A stretch of DNA of 64,000 bases from an uncultured delta proteobacterium (GTDB taxonomy: Bacteria > Myxococcota_A > Polyangia > Polyangiales > Polyangiaceae): NCBI GenBank assembly GCA_963696385.1, contig CAVOKF010000007.1, positions 544,001-608,000 on the forward strand. The letters run 5' to 3'. Below the pieces are notes generated by a model, which saw only the letters and a list, made by a program, of their open reading frames with translations, did no database searches and was not told the origin of the DNA. Shown here one piece after another: positions 1 to 10,767 of the stretch (position 1 is its first letter; every line of letters begins with the position of its first letter). The position numbers and the translations under genes were made by a program.

Positions 1-1
1 G

Positions 2-130
2 ACGGGGAATGTGTCGGTCACAGCCTTGACGGAGCAGATGATCGGATACGAGCGTTACAGCGGCGGCGCGGCCGGCGATGTTTACATCGACGACTACGCC
101 ATCGGAACGACGCAGCTTGGGTGCGACTAG
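2..130 (+). CDS. 3' end of a secreted protein truncated by the window edge, possibly Cip1-like/beta-sandwich
   Basis: Frame 2 is open from the window edge: ...IGYERYSGGAAGDVYIDDYAIGTTQLGCD*, with TAG at 128-130. The DVYIDD..IG...GC ending resembles Cip1-like C-termini. Confidence 0.55.
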   Translation, partial: TGNVSVTALTEQMIGYERYSGGAAGDVYIDDYAIGTTQLGCD

Positions 131-262
131 GAGGCCGGAGTCACTGGGGCTGCGCAGCCGCGGTCTCCGTCGTGTTGACCCCAGAGCCGATCCATGACGG
201 GGGCAGTGAAGAAGCGTCCGCTCCCGTTTGTCGGAGCTTCGTTCATCGAACATGTGTGACCT

Positions 263-997
263 ATGATCCGTACCGCAGCGTTCGCGACATCCGCCGCCTT
301 GCTCGCGGCTTGTTCCAGCTCAACGGCAGGCGGACCCGGAGACAGCAGCGACGCCACGGTGCTGGATGGGGCAACGGAGGGCGGCGAGGCGGGCGAGGAT
401 TCGGCCTCGCCATCGGCGGGCTCGGCCGACGTCACCGGCACGTTAAACGGGCAGGCGTTGGGTGTGCAGAGTGCGTTCGCGGGCATTGCGTCCGCCCCGG
501 GCACCGATGCCGGTTCCATTCTGTACGAGGCCGTCATCAATCTGGTGAGCGTCGCGAGCGCATGCTCGTTCTACACGCTCTATCCCGACCAACTCGTGTC
601 CGTCCATGACAGTCAAGATCTCACCCTGGTGGTGATCACGGACTCTCCGCTGACGCCAGGGACATACCCGATCGTGGTGCCCAATATCGTAGCCGACACC
701 ACCCTCAGCGCGCTGGGAGCCGTGGCTCTGTACTCGTCTTCCGACGGAATGTGCAACGGGACCGCCTTTGAAGAGGCGGCCAGCGGAACGATCCGCATCA
801 CGACCGTTACCGCGTCGCAATTCACGGGCACTTTCGACCTCGTGCTGGGCCCACCCCTTGCGAACGGCGTCGATACGACCCATCCAGACGCGGTGAATGG
901 CTCGTTCGCCGCGTTCCTTTGTCCTGCCTTCAGCGACAATTTGACGGGCGAAGTCGACGGATCGACTCCGTCCACCGACGCGGGCCTGTGCCTGTGA
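263..997 (+). CDS. Hypothetical lipoprotein
   Basis: Signal peptide with lipobox LAAC, an acidic S/G/D linker, then a Cys-containing beta-rich domain. Confidence 0.8.
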   Translation: MIRTAAFATSAALLAACSSSTAGGPGDSSDATVLDGATEGGEAGEDSASPSAGSADVTGTLNGQALGVQSAFAGIASAPGTDAGSILYEAVINLVSVASACSFYTLYPDQLVSVHDSQDLTLVVITDSPLTPGTYPIVVPNIVADTTLSALGAVALYSSSDGMCNGTAFEEAASGTIRITTVTASQFTGTFDLVLGPPLANGVDTTHPDAVNGSFAAFLCPAFSDNLTGEVDGSTPSTDAGLCL

Positions 998-1146
998 CTT
1001 CGTATCGAAGGACGAAGAACGAGGTCGTTGCGGCCGTTCACGAAGGGACCCGCAGCTCATCGGGCCAGAGCGCGGCGAGCGGCATGAGCAGCGCCTCGGG
1101 ATCTCGAGGCGGTCCTTGAGCAACGCCTGCGGCCCCCTCGAACGAA

Positions 1147-2163
1147 TCACCACCGCGCGCCTGTCGCCGAGCCGGCAACGGCCGTCGAAGCAAGCACGTC
1201 GAAGGCCGTCGCGCATTCGTCGAGACCGGTGGCGTATTGGTTTCGGCGGGAGGCCGAGATCCACGCCGGATCGACGTGCCGGCGAGTGCGCAGCAACACC
1301 TCGGATTTCACGAGGTCGACGATGGAAAGACGCACGTCGTGCGCACGCTCGCCGTCCAGCTCCGTCGGCCCGCCGCCCAGTCCCGGTTCGTCCAGGGCGA
1401 CGACGAGCACCTCGGCCTCTGCCGCTTTGACCCCCCGCTCGACGGGCGCCTTGCGCAGTGCCTGCTTCAGGGCGTCGAGCTCGGGAACGCTTTGGGCATT
1501 CCGCACGTCGCGTTGCCAGGGGCCGGCCAAAACCGGCAAGGCCGCTTCGGCCTCTTCGAGCAGCCGGACCTGGCTCGTCGCCTGTTCGACGGGCCAGCCC
1601 CCGCGGTAGGCCACGAGCACGCGGCCGAGCAGCGCACCTTCCGTTCGCGACGACGGCGGGTCCAAAAGGCAAAGCAGAAGTGCGTCCTTGAACGAAGTCT
1701 TCGCCGCCGCGGCGATGGATCCCGAGCCGGCGAACGCCGTGACAGGGGCATGAAGGTAAATTCCCGGCCGCTGCCGGAGGGCGCCGATCGCGCCGGACAC
1801 CCGCAACTCCGGCGCGATGAGATCGCCTTCGTACCTCTTGGCCAATCGGTCGACCCACGCTTCGACGCCGGCTATCCGCGCACGATCGGGCGGGACGAAC
1901 CCCGTCTCGCGCCGGCGTTCTTCTTCCACAAGGTCCACCCGATCGCGCTCGAGCCGTACGCGCGCGCGACGACGAACGCTCGACCCGACGCAGACGATGG
2001 CCATCGCGGCTAGGACGACCCCGAACCGCAGAACCGACGCCCATCGCCGCGCCCTCGCGCGCCCGCGTACGACCCGGAACGCGGCCGTCGTCCCGCAAAC
2101 ACTCGCCCGGACGCGAGCTGCGAGCCCGGGCCCCATTTTGGAGTTCACGAGAAGCGTCGGCAC
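1147..2163 (-). CDS. Hypothetical membrane-anchored protein, downstream partner of the MutS-like ATPase
   Basis: 338-aa ORF with one hydrophobic segment (WASVLRFGVVLAAMAIVCVG), starting 8 bp after the stop of the MutS-like gene. Confidence 0.75.
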   Translation of the reverse strand: MPTLLVNSKMGPGLAARVRASVCGTTAAFRVVRGRARARRWASVLRFGVVLAAMAIVCVGSSVRRRARVRLERDRVDLVEEERRRETGFVPPDRARIAGVEAWVDRLAKRYEGDLIAPELRVSGAIGALRQRPGIYLHAPVTAFAGSGSIAAAAKTSFKDALLLCLLDPPSSRTEGALLGRVLVAYRGGWPVEQATSQVRLLEEAEAALPVLAGPWQRDVRNAQSVPELDALKQALRKAPVERGVKAAEAEVLVVALDEPGLGGGPTELDGERAHDVRLSIVDLVKSEVLLRTRRHVDPAWISASRRNQYATGLDECATAFDVLASTAVAGSATGARW

Positions 2164-2171
2164 CGAGCCCC

Positions 2172-3914
2172 TCAGTCGACGCTCGACCCGGCGATCTTCG
2201 CACGGTGGACGTTCTGCTCGACGAGAGCCAGCAGCTGTTCGCCGGTCACGCCCAGCCGCGACGCCGTATGGCTCGCGAGCGACGTTCGCGCCACTCCCGG
2301 CGCGAACTTGTACGTCGGCCGATGGTCCGCCCCGATCTCGACCTGCAAAAACCTCAGGTCCGCAATCTTGCGTTGTCGCTCGAGCCGTGCGGCAAAGGCG
2401 AGAAAGTGCGTCGTGATGAAGGTTTGCGGCTTCAGCCGCGTCAGCATGCGGACGACGAGCTCGAAAATCTCTTCGCCCTCGGATGGGTTGGTGCCCGAGC
2501 AGAGCTCGTCGAGGATCACCATGGCCCCCGGCGGCAGATTCTCGAAAAGCCGCCGGATTCGCAGGAGCTCCATGCCGAGTCGTCCCTCGGGTTGATCCAC
2601 GCTCGTCTCTTGAATAAGCGAAACCACGAGAGACGGGGCGAGCGCGAGATGGGCGGCGCGCGCGGGGACGAATAGACCCGACTGCGCCAAGATCTGAGCG
2701 AGGCCGAGGGTTTGGAGCAAGCGAGTCTTGCCTCCCGAGTTCGGGCCCGTCACGAGGACGGTCGTGTCGTGCCGATCGATGTGGATGTCGCAGGGGACGA
2801 CGGATACGCCGCTGGCCAAAAGAAGCGGGTTGAAGAGACCGAGCAGTGCGCGGGGCGCGTCCGGAGACACGATGTCCGGCAACGACACCTCGAGGCCCGC
2901 CGCGTTCGCGAGGTCGCGAAACCCCAAGGCACCCAAGTAGAACTCGATTTCTCCAAGCATCTGCACGAGGGCGACAATCTCTTCATGAATTCCGTCGAAC
3001 ACGGCGTAAATGAGGCGAGCCATGACCTCGCCGTCACTGAACCAAAAGCCTCGCACGAATAGCTCGACCTTCGCGAGCCACCGCCGCCAGGTCGAGGTGA
3101 CGAATGGGTTCTCCGTGTTCTCCGATACCGTGAGGATCTCGAAACCGCGAATCCTGCCGTCCGCGCCGATTCCTACCTTGACGTTCAACGTCGCGAGGCG
3201 TTCGTCGTAACGTAACAAGTCGCACATCGAACCGAACATCTCGCCGTTCTCGACCCGTCGAGCGAAGGCGGCGAGACGCGCCAAACCCGAACGCGCCGAC
3301 GCGAATCCTTCCGACATGCAATCGAAGAGCTCTTTGACAAGCTGTAGGATGTCGAGCTGTCTGCGGTTGGCGTCCCACTTGCCGCCGCCCGCGACGCCCT
3401 CGAGCTGTCCGCGGAAGCGACACAAAAGGACGTACAGCCGCTCGAACTGCCGCCGTAGCTCCGGCGACCCGACGAGCTCCGCGAGCACCGCTCGACGAAA
3501 CTGCACGACCGAGGGGTCCGCGGGCGGGTGCGTGAGCAGTTTCACCAAATGAGTGGTGCAGCCGATCGGCGGGTCGTTGCCCACACGGACCTTGAGGCAG
3601 TTGAGCACGAAGCTCTTGATGAACAGGTCGTCCTCGAAGGCCGCGGGGCTCCACGTCGAGAAGCCCACCGACGAGCGGTCGAGCGCGTCGCCAAAGAGGC
3701 CACCCGAAGTGCCTCCGGCGAATGCAATCGCGATCCCTACGCGCACCGCGTCGGCGTCGATCCGAACGACGGGCGTTGGGTGCAGCAAGTCGGGTTGTCG
3801 CACGTCGGCTTCCCAGCGCCGTTGGGGCATGTCGCGTGCGGTTTCCCTATTCGGCGGACCTATCTCGAGTGCGGCCACATCGCCTCCTTGCCGATCCGGA
3901 ATCGTCGTTGACAC
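2172..3914 (-). CDS. MutS-related ATPase with domain V but no recognisable mismatch-binding domain
   Basis: Walker A TGPNSGGKT, Walker B ILDELCSGT, TTHF motif and a C-terminal YKFAPG helix-turn-helix region. The start codon is uncertain. Confidence 0.85.
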   Translation of the reverse strand: MSTTIPDRQGGDVAALEIGPPNRETARDMPQRRWEADVRQPDLLHPTPVVRIDADAVRVGIAIAFAGGTSGGLFGDALDRSSVGFSTWSPAAFEDDLFIKSFVLNCLKVRVGNDPPIGCTTHLVKLLTHPPADPSVVQFRRAVLAELVGSPELRRQFERLYVLLCRFRGQLEGVAGGGKWDANRRQLDILQLVKELFDCMSEGFASARSGLARLAAFARRVENGEMFGSMCDLLRYDERLATLNVKVGIGADGRIRGFEILTVSENTENPFVTSTWRRWLAKVELFVRGFWFSDGEVMARLIYAVFDGIHEEIVALVQMLGEIEFYLGALGFRDLANAAGLEVSLPDIVSPDAPRALLGLFNPLLLASGVSVVPCDIHIDRHDTTVLVTGPNSGGKTRLLQTLGLAQILAQSGLFVPARAAHLALAPSLVVSLIQETSVDQPEGRLGMELLRIRRLFENLPPGAMVILDELCSGTNPSEGEEIFELVVRMLTRLKPQTFITTHFLAFAARLERQRKIADLRFLQVEIGADHRPTYKFAPGVARTSLASHTASRLGVTGEQLLALVEQNVHRAKIAGSSVD

Positions 3915-3961
3915 ACCGGCGGGGTTGTTCGTTCCCGGCGGGGACCAAAAAGGAACCGTTC

Positions 3962-4042
3962 GGGGTCGAGGTCAGGGTTGTCGCGGTCGGGGTTGTCGCG
4001 GTCGGGGTCGTCGGGGTCGCGGTCGAGGTCGGCGGCGGGGTC
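3962..4042 (+). repeat. Degenerate G(G/C/A)GGTC hexamer array, copy 1
   Basis: ggggtc gaggtc agggtt gtc gcggtc ggggtt gtc gcggtc ggggtc gtc ggggtc gcggtc gaggtc..., in the divergent gap between the mutS-like and CBS genes. Confidence 0.9.
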
Positions 4043-4138
4043 GGGGGGGCGCGTTGCGGCCCCGGTCATCTGGGGCGGACAAGACCCGGACACGGGCAGC
4101 CCGGGTCGGTAGAGTGGGCACGAAGAAGGCAGCCGGAC

Positions 4139-4714
4139 ATGAAAAACCTCGCCGATCGATTGCAGGGGCTTGCGGCACGACTGCGGGAGCGTGCGCGCCG
4201 TCGCCGCGCGAGCGCGCCGCTGCAACGATCGGGGGCCGAGCCCGTCACGTACGTGCGGCAGCTGATGACCGGAAATCCGCGGACCTGCGGGCCGGCCGAC
4301 ACGCTTCATGACGTGGCGCGGATCATGTGGGACACCGATTGCGGGTGCGTGCCCGTGGTGGACGCGGACGGACGCGCCGTCGCGATGATCACCGACCGCG
4401 ACATTTGCATGGCGGCTTACACCCAAGGCAAGCCACTCGGAGCGATCCTCGTGTCGAGTGCCTCGTCGCGCTCGCTCGTGGCGGCTCGCGAAGGCGACAC
4501 GCTTCAAACCGCCTTGGACTCGATGCGGGATGCTCGCGTCCGGCGCCTGCCGGTGATCGATGCGGCCGGGCGACTGGTCGGCGTTCTGTCGTGGAGCGAT
4601 CTCGTGCGTCACGAGCATCTCGGCGCGCCAAGCAGCGGGGGCGAGGCCGATCGCCTTGCGAGCACGTTCGCGGCCATCTGCGAGCGCGAGCCCAAGCGCG
4701 CGGCCCTTCGCTGA
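4139..4714 (+). CDS. CBS-domain pair protein
   Basis: ATG at 4139 inside ORF 3722..4714. CBS motifs MWDTDCGCVPVVD...MITDRDI and RVRRLPVIDAAGRLVGVLSWSDL. Confidence 0.85.
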   Translation: MKNLADRLQGLAARLRERARRRRASAPLQRSGAEPVTYVRQLMTGNPRTCGPADTLHDVARIMWDTDCGCVPVVDADGRAVAMITDRDICMAAYTQGKPLGAILVSSASSRSLVAAREGDTLQTALDSMRDARVRRLPVIDAAGRLVGVLSWSDLVRHEHLGAPSSGGEADRLASTFAAICEREPKRAALR

Positions 4715-4858
4715 GGGGGCGGCAGCGCCCGACGCGGCGGCTTCCCATTTCTTCTCCGTCTCCGCGGTCCCCGGCTTCGAACAAAATTGCAGCTCGTGCG
4801 GAATAACCCAGCCACGTGGGCTTGAGCTCTTTCGATGGGCTATGGATACTCGGTGTAC

Positions 4859-6543
4859 ATGGTGAACACGCGGCAGCTCATTTCGATTCTTCCATGGTTA
4901 ACGCTCGCGGCCCCAATGGCCTGCTCGAGCGGGCCGCAGGGCGGCAATCCGACTCCGGCCGGGACCGGTGCCAACTCGACGGCAGCGGCCAACCCCACTT
5001 CGACGGGCAGCGGCACGGGCACGGGCACGGGCAGCGGGTCTGGGTCGACGGTCGTTGTGGGCACATCGAACTCTTCCTCTTCGGCAAGCGGTGGCAGCAG
5101 CGGCAGCAGCGGCGTGCCCGCCGGCACTCAGGCCGGGGTTCCGTGCGGGGGATCGCTATGCGCCCTATTTGCGTGTTGCCAAACGGGCACCAGCACCCCC
5201 GTGTGCGGGGCTCCGACGGACGACGGCGGTCTCGGCGCAGGCGCTTGTGCAGCCGACCAACAACAGCTCTGCGTGACCGACAACGACTGCCAACAGAACC
5301 TCCAGTATTGCGTGAGCGGATTCTGCGCTGCGAGCCCCCCCCAGCAGGGCGACGCGAGCGTCGGAACCGGGGTCGTTCCTCCCATCACAGACGGTGGCGT
5401 AAGCGGCGGCGGCACGGGGGGGACTTTGACGGGGCGCCCTTCACGGCCCCGACCGATACGGGTGCCATTCCGACAGGCTATCCCGCGCCGACGGCGGCAA
5501 ATTTCGCCAAGTGCCAGACGGTACCGATCAGCTCGACGGCATGCACCGGCCAGGACGCGGGCGACACGTGCATCGAATGCCTCTTCGGAGGGAGCACGTA
5601 CGACAACACGGTCGATCCTCCCGGTACGGCGACCGCCGTCAGCGAGGCCGGCAACTACGCGGTGACCGTGACCATCGGAGGGGCCGCCGCCGGCTCGACG
5701 TATGTCAGCACCGAGTCCGAGCGCGGGCTTTTGGCGCCGGTGACTACAGCGGCCGGCCAGTCCTTGACGTACTCCTTCGCGGTCAACGTTCGAGGCATGG
5801 AGGGGCAGCCCAACCATGCCGGCGGACCGGGCGGTTATCCCGGGCTGGACTTGTTCTTCTCGGGCCCCGCGGCGACGCCTCCACAGGTCTCCGCCATCGG
5901 GTACAGTCTGCTCACGACGACGCCGCCGCCGATCGTCGTCTACATTGCGAGCGACTCGACCGCGTGCGACCAGACCGGGGGCGCATTCGGCGGCTGGGGG
6001 CAAATGCTTCCGGAGTTCTTCATGCCTCCGATCGCCGTCGCCAACTACGCAAACAGCGGAGCGAGCTCCGCGGACTTCATCGGAAACCCCGATCTTTGGG
6101 GAGGCATCACCTCGCATTGGAAGGCGGGGGACTTTGTCCTCATCCAATTTGGTCACAACGACAAGACAATCACCGACGCGCAGGTCGAAACGAACCTGGA
6201 GAAATACGTCGAGCAGGCCAAGGCGGCGAACGTCACGCCGATTCTGGTGTCGCCTCCCGCCCGCGTGCAGTTCGGCAACGGCACCACGGACGGTCCCCAA
6301 ACGAGCCTTCACGAGGCCTCGGCGGCGGGGGCTGCCATGGTGGAAAACGTCGGCTACATCCCGCTCACCGACCTGTCCACAGCTTGGTACAATACGCTCG
6401 GCTCTCAGGCCGCGGCATTGAAGTTCCACGCGAACGATTCGGACGCGACGCATACGAACTTGGTTGGCGCCGCAAAGCTTGCCAGTCTCGTGGCGGGATC
6501 GATCAAGGCTCAGAACCTGCCTCTGGCTCAGTACTTGAGGTAG
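4859..6543 (+). CDS. Rhamnogalacturonan acetylesterase-like SGNH/GDSL lipoprotein, frameshifted at G7 5416-5422
   Basis: The signal peptide (..APMAC), S/G/T linker and Cys-rich module are in the frame of ORF 4835. The catalytic part is in the frame of ORF 4816: ASDST, GWGQ, NYANSGASS, IQFGHND, DATH. One extra G in the run joins the two. Confidence 0.8.
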
Positions 6544-6695
6544 GGGGGGTCGCCACCTCTTGTCGGTCCTGGAGGGTTGCATGCGGTCGAGCCGATCCGG
6601 CCCTCCAGGTCCAGGTCGCCGCGTCAGCGGACTTGTCCGAGGCCGCGCAGGCCGTTCTCCAAGGGGAAGGACCCTCGATTCGGGCGCTGTTGCCG

Positions 6696-8264
6696 ATGAA
6701 CCTTCGGTCGCGCGTCGCTGCGAACGCGTGGGCTTTCCTCTTCCTTGCCGGCTGCAGCCCAGGCTCCAAGTCTTCGTCCGGAAGCCCGGCGGCCGGTGGG
6801 AGCGACGTGCTTCAACACCACACGAACGCGTCACGCGATGGCGTCACCCCCGACTCGTCCATGAGCAAGGCGGTGGCGAGCACGCTCAAGCTCGACACCA
6901 CCTACGCACCCGCGATCACCGGCAATGTTTACGCCCAACCGCTGTACGTCGCGTCGGGAACCAAGGGCAAGCCGACCCTCATCATCGCCACGGAAGGCAA
7001 TCACGTCGTCGCACTCGACCCGACGACGTCCGCGGCCCCGTTCTGGGACCAGACGTACGGAACACCCGTCACCGGGGTCTCGACAGCCCTCGGCTGTGGC
7101 AACATCGATCCGCTCGGAATCACCGGAACGCCCGTCGTGGACCCGACTTCGCACGCGATTTACTTCGACGCGATGACTCTCACCAACGGTGCTCCGGCGC
7201 ACATGATTCACGCGGTGTCGATCGACACCGGACTGGATCTGCCCGGATGGCCGGTCGCTGTCGACGGCGTCGCCGGCTTCACGTCGAAGACCCAGAACCA
7301 GCGGGGGGCCCTTCAGCTGCTGAACGGCGTCGTGTACGTCCCGTACGGCGGCCACGACGGGGATTGCAACACGTACTACGGCTGGGTGGTTGCCGTGCCG
7401 GTCGCGACCCCGAGCACCCTGAGCGGGTGGTCGGTGGGTTCCATGCAAGCGGGGGCCAGCCGGGGCGGCATTTGGGCGGTGGGCGGCGTTGCGTCCGACG
7501 GGACGTCGCTCTTCGTTTCGACCGGCAACACCACGAACGCGGGAACGACCTGGAGCGGCGGCGAGGCGGTTCTTCGACTCACACCACCGACGCCCTCGTT
7601 GACGGCCGACAGCGCCCACGCCTTCTACCCCACGGCGTGGATGAACTACGACGCGAACGACGTCGATCTCGGGGGTGCCAATCCGATCCTCTTCGACATG
7701 CCGACGGCTCCAATTCCCCATTTGGCCGTCGCCCTCGGCAAAGACGGCATTCTCTATTTGCTCAATCGAGACAATCTGGGGGGTGAGGGCAATGCCCTCT
7801 CGACGACGAGCGTCGCCTCCGATACGGGCGCGGCTTCCGCGGGCGCGCTCAACGGCGCAGGTGCGGCCTATACCACCGCCAAGGGAACGTACGTCGCATT
7901 TCACGCCAATAGCCACGCCCCGGGCCTCGTGATCGCAGGTTGCCCGAGCGGACAGACGGGTGGCAACGTCGGCGTGGCCCAAATCAGTGCCACCAATCCC
8001 CCGAAGGCAACCGTCGTGTGGTGTACCCGCGAGACCGGTCTGGGCTCCCCGATGGTGACCAACGACGGCAACGGGGACGTCATCGTCTGGGACGCGAACC
8101 AAAGCCTCTATGGGTATGACGGCGACACCGGCACAAAGGTCTTCGACGGATCAAGCTCGCCTCTTGCCAGTGCCATGCACTATTTCAATACCCCCGTCGA
8201 TGCCGCCGGAAACCTCGTGATCGCCACGTCCGCCCCCGGAGGCGTCTCCATTTTCCGCCCGTAG
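6696..8264 (+). CDS. PQQ-like beta-propeller lipoprotein
   Basis: ATG at 6696, lipobox LAGC. Motifs VLQHH..SRDG, VYAQPLY, GITGTPVVD, NQRGAL, GGIW, DVDLG and GKDG. Confidence 0.8.
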   Translation: MNLRSRVAANAWAFLFLAGCSPGSKSSSGSPAAGGSDVLQHHTNASRDGVTPDSSMSKAVASTLKLDTTYAPAITGNVYAQPLYVASGTKGKPTLIIATEGNHVVALDPTTSAAPFWDQTYGTPVTGVSTALGCGNIDPLGITGTPVVDPTSHAIYFDAMTLTNGAPAHMIHAVSIDTGLDLPGWPVAVDGVAGFTSKTQNQRGALQLLNGVVYVPYGGHDGDCNTYYGWVVAVPVATPSTLSGWSVGSMQAGASRGGIWAVGGVASDGTSLFVSTGNTTNAGTTWSGGEAVLRLTPPTPSLTADSAHAFYPTAWMNYDANDVDLGGANPILFDMPTAPIPHLAVALGKDGILYLLNRDNLGGEGNALSTTSVASDTGAASAGALNGAGAAYTTAKGTYVAFHANSHAPGLVIAGCPSGQTGGNVGVAQISATNPPKATVVWCTRETGLGSPMVTNDGNGDVIVWDANQSLYGYDGDTGTKVFDGSSSPLASAMHYFNTPVDAAGNLVIATSAPGGVSIFRP

Positions 8265-8344
8265 TTTCAGACGAGGGCGCGACCTCGGTCGGGGGGGGCG
8301 CTACCCACGGATCCGGGCCGCGGACCCGGCTCCCGCATGAACGA

Positions 8345-9937
8345 CTACCGAGGGATGGGAACGGCGCTCGGAGGCATCGTGTCCGGGATGACGCACGAGG
8401 AGAGGTCGAACAGCATGAACTCGAGCGCTTTTTCCTGAGGCGATAGATCGATCGCGTCGCAGCCGCCGGGCGGTGGCGCCGTATCCATCGTGGTCGGATT
8501 GCCTCCCACGTGAAGATCGCTGAACACGGCGCGGCCGCAATACGCCGGTGCCCCGCCCTCGGCGGCGGCCGCCGCATTGACGGGCGTGTCGAACGAAAAA
8601 TACAGCGTCCACGGGGTCGAAGTGATCCACGGTTGCGAGGGCGTGTTCGTGGCGGCGACCTGCGCATTGTCACGCGGCTGGTAAATGGCCAGATCGGTTG
8701 CGGCCACGCCGTTGGTCCCCAGGGCACCGACGAGTCCGAGCCACTGTTGAAGAGCGGCTCCCTTCGCGAAGGGCAGCGTGCTGCCGTTGAGCGTCGTGTC
8801 GATGACGCCGGCGATCGGCCCGTTGCCTTGCCCGCCGTTCGCCGTCCAGGTCGCGAGGTTGGTCCCCCAATCCGCCGGAGCCACGTACGCTTGCATGGTG
8901 TTGAGCGGACCGCTGAACCAGGAGTAGTGATAGTGCGACGCGAAGGCGCGGCCACCGGCATTCAAGTAGGCCTCGAGCGCCGGCGGGTTCGCGTCGAACG
9001 TCTCGCCCCCCTCGCACGAGAGAAGCACGATGTCGTACGGCATGAGCTGGGCCTGGGTAGCCCAGAGCGCCGTCGAGCTCGCCGGCGCGCCGGGCATGGC
9101 AGGATTTTCCGGTCCTCCGATTCCGCCTCCACCGCGGCCGCCCCCACCGCCACCCGCCTCGCCGCCCGAGAAGATATGGACGTGGCCGGTGCCGGTGGCG
9201 CCCGCCACGTATTCCGTTGCCGGCAGGCCCATCCGCAGCATCAAACACTCGAGCGAATCGGACGCTCCGGTCGATACCGCGATGTCGGGCATGCTGTCGT
9301 TGGCCTGGGTCAGGCTGCCGGGCAGGGCGAGCGACTTGTCGGGCACCGCGTTGTCGGCGCAAGCCGTGACGTTGAAGAAATACTCGCGCCGCCACTTGCC
9401 GACTTGGATCACAAGCGGAACAGCACTCCCGACCGGAACGTCGGTCAAAGTGAACGTCCCGTCGACGGCAGTCGACGTGCTCACGACGGCGCCGCTCGGG
9501 AACAAGGCCGAGCACGAGCACGCGTCGCTTCCCGTAGGCACGCCGGTAGGCAAGGTCTGCAGGGGCGTCGCGGGGACGTACACCGCGATGTTGTACAGAG
9601 GGTTTTTCGCGGCGGGATCGTACACGGTCCCGGTGATAGAGGTCGTGGCACCGCCGGTGCACGTCACGTCGCACCGCAACCCGGCGGGGCACACGCTCAG
9701 CGGCCCTGCGGATGCACCCGAACCGCTCGCGCTCGAAGGCTCGCTCCCTGAGAGCAGCGGCTGGGCGGTCACTGTCGGCGCCTTCGAAGTGGCGCTCTTC
9801 GAACCGGAGGCAACGCCGGTCGACGTGGACGGAATCTCAAAACTCGATGGGCTCGACAAAGATCCGCATCCAGCCGATGCGGAGAGGCCCAAAGCGAGCG
9901 CGGCGCTGAGCGCCGAGAAAACGTGCGATCTCGTCAT
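8345..9937 (-). CDS. Cys-containing lipoprotein with a carboxypeptidase-regulatory-like domain
   Basis: ATG at 9937, lipobox SAGC. Motifs ITGTVYDPA..NPLYN..VYVP, GTFTL..VPVG..VPLVIQVGKWRR, CGRAVFSDLHV and QEKALEFMLFDLSSC. Confidence 0.8.
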   Translation of the reverse strand: MTRSHVFSALSAALALGLSASAGCGSLSSPSSFEIPSTSTGVASGSKSATSKAPTVTAQPLLSGSEPSSASGSGASAGPLSVCPAGLRCDVTCTGGATTSITGTVYDPAAKNPLYNIAVYVPATPLQTLPTGVPTGSDACSCSALFPSGAVVSTSTAVDGTFTLTDVPVGSAVPLVIQVGKWRREYFFNVTACADNAVPDKSLALPGSLTQANDSMPDIAVSTGASDSLECLMLRMGLPATEYVAGATGTGHVHIFSGGEAGGGGGGRGGGGIGGPENPAMPGAPASSTALWATQAQLMPYDIVLLSCEGGETFDANPPALEAYLNAGGRAFASHYHYSWFSGPLNTMQAYVAPADWGTNLATWTANGGQGNGPIAGVIDTTLNGSTLPFAKGAALQQWLGLVGALGTNGVAATDLAIYQPRDNAQVAATNTPSQPWITSTPWTLYFSFDTPVNAAAAAEGGAPAYCGRAVFSDLHVGGNPTTMDTAPPPGGCDAIDLSPQEKALEFMLFDLSSCVIPDTMPPSAVPIPR

Positions 9938-10110
9938 GGAGACCTCCGAACTGTGGAGTGCATCCTGGTGGCGACAATCAGGCGCGGTTTTGGGACGAGA
10001 TGCAACGACCGCCGAACCTATTCGCGACTCATTGTGCTCACGGTGGCGAAAATCCTCCCCGAGGACCAATCGTGCGCTTCGTGGCGATCGAAGAAGCCGC
10101 GGGCCCATCC

Positions 10111-10319
<209 letters not shown>

Positions 10320-10745
10320 AGTCGGCCAACAGAAGATTCTGAAAAATGATTCAGAGATTTCTTACGCCACTCTCCAAACGAGCCATCTCTTGATGGGTCG
10401 TCGGTTTGCGTGGCATCCTGAGAGGACGAAGGTCTCGGATGGGCTTTGGGGGCCCGCGGGATCGATCCGAACGTCGAACGGTCTTTCGACCGCGAGGCTC
10501 TCTATTATGCGCCAGTCGAGTGACTGGTTATCGGGACTCAAATATGCGCGGCGGCGAATAGCCCGAAGGCGATTGCGATACCCCACGCAATGGCAACGGA
10601 GGTGGGTCTCATTGGGTTAGAACACTCCCGAAATCTACCGTAAGCATCCTCAATAAGTTCGTAAAGCAGGGCCCCTGGAACCTCATCCCATTGTCGTCAT
10701 GGCCAAAGCCCGGATCAGCCGGAAGTCCTAGGGCCCGGACACCAT

Positions 10746-10767
10746 TATCTACGAGATATCTACGAGA
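10746..10767. repeat. Perfect 11-bp tandem duplication, TATCTACGAGA x2
   Basis: 10746-10756 and 10757-10767 are identical, and lie inside an AT-richer segment. Confidence 0.9.

Noticed and set aside
5511..6695. Long N-terminal extension of the PQQ-like protein
   Set aside because: It is an Arg-rich off-frame overlap of the esterase gene. The signal peptide begins at 6696.
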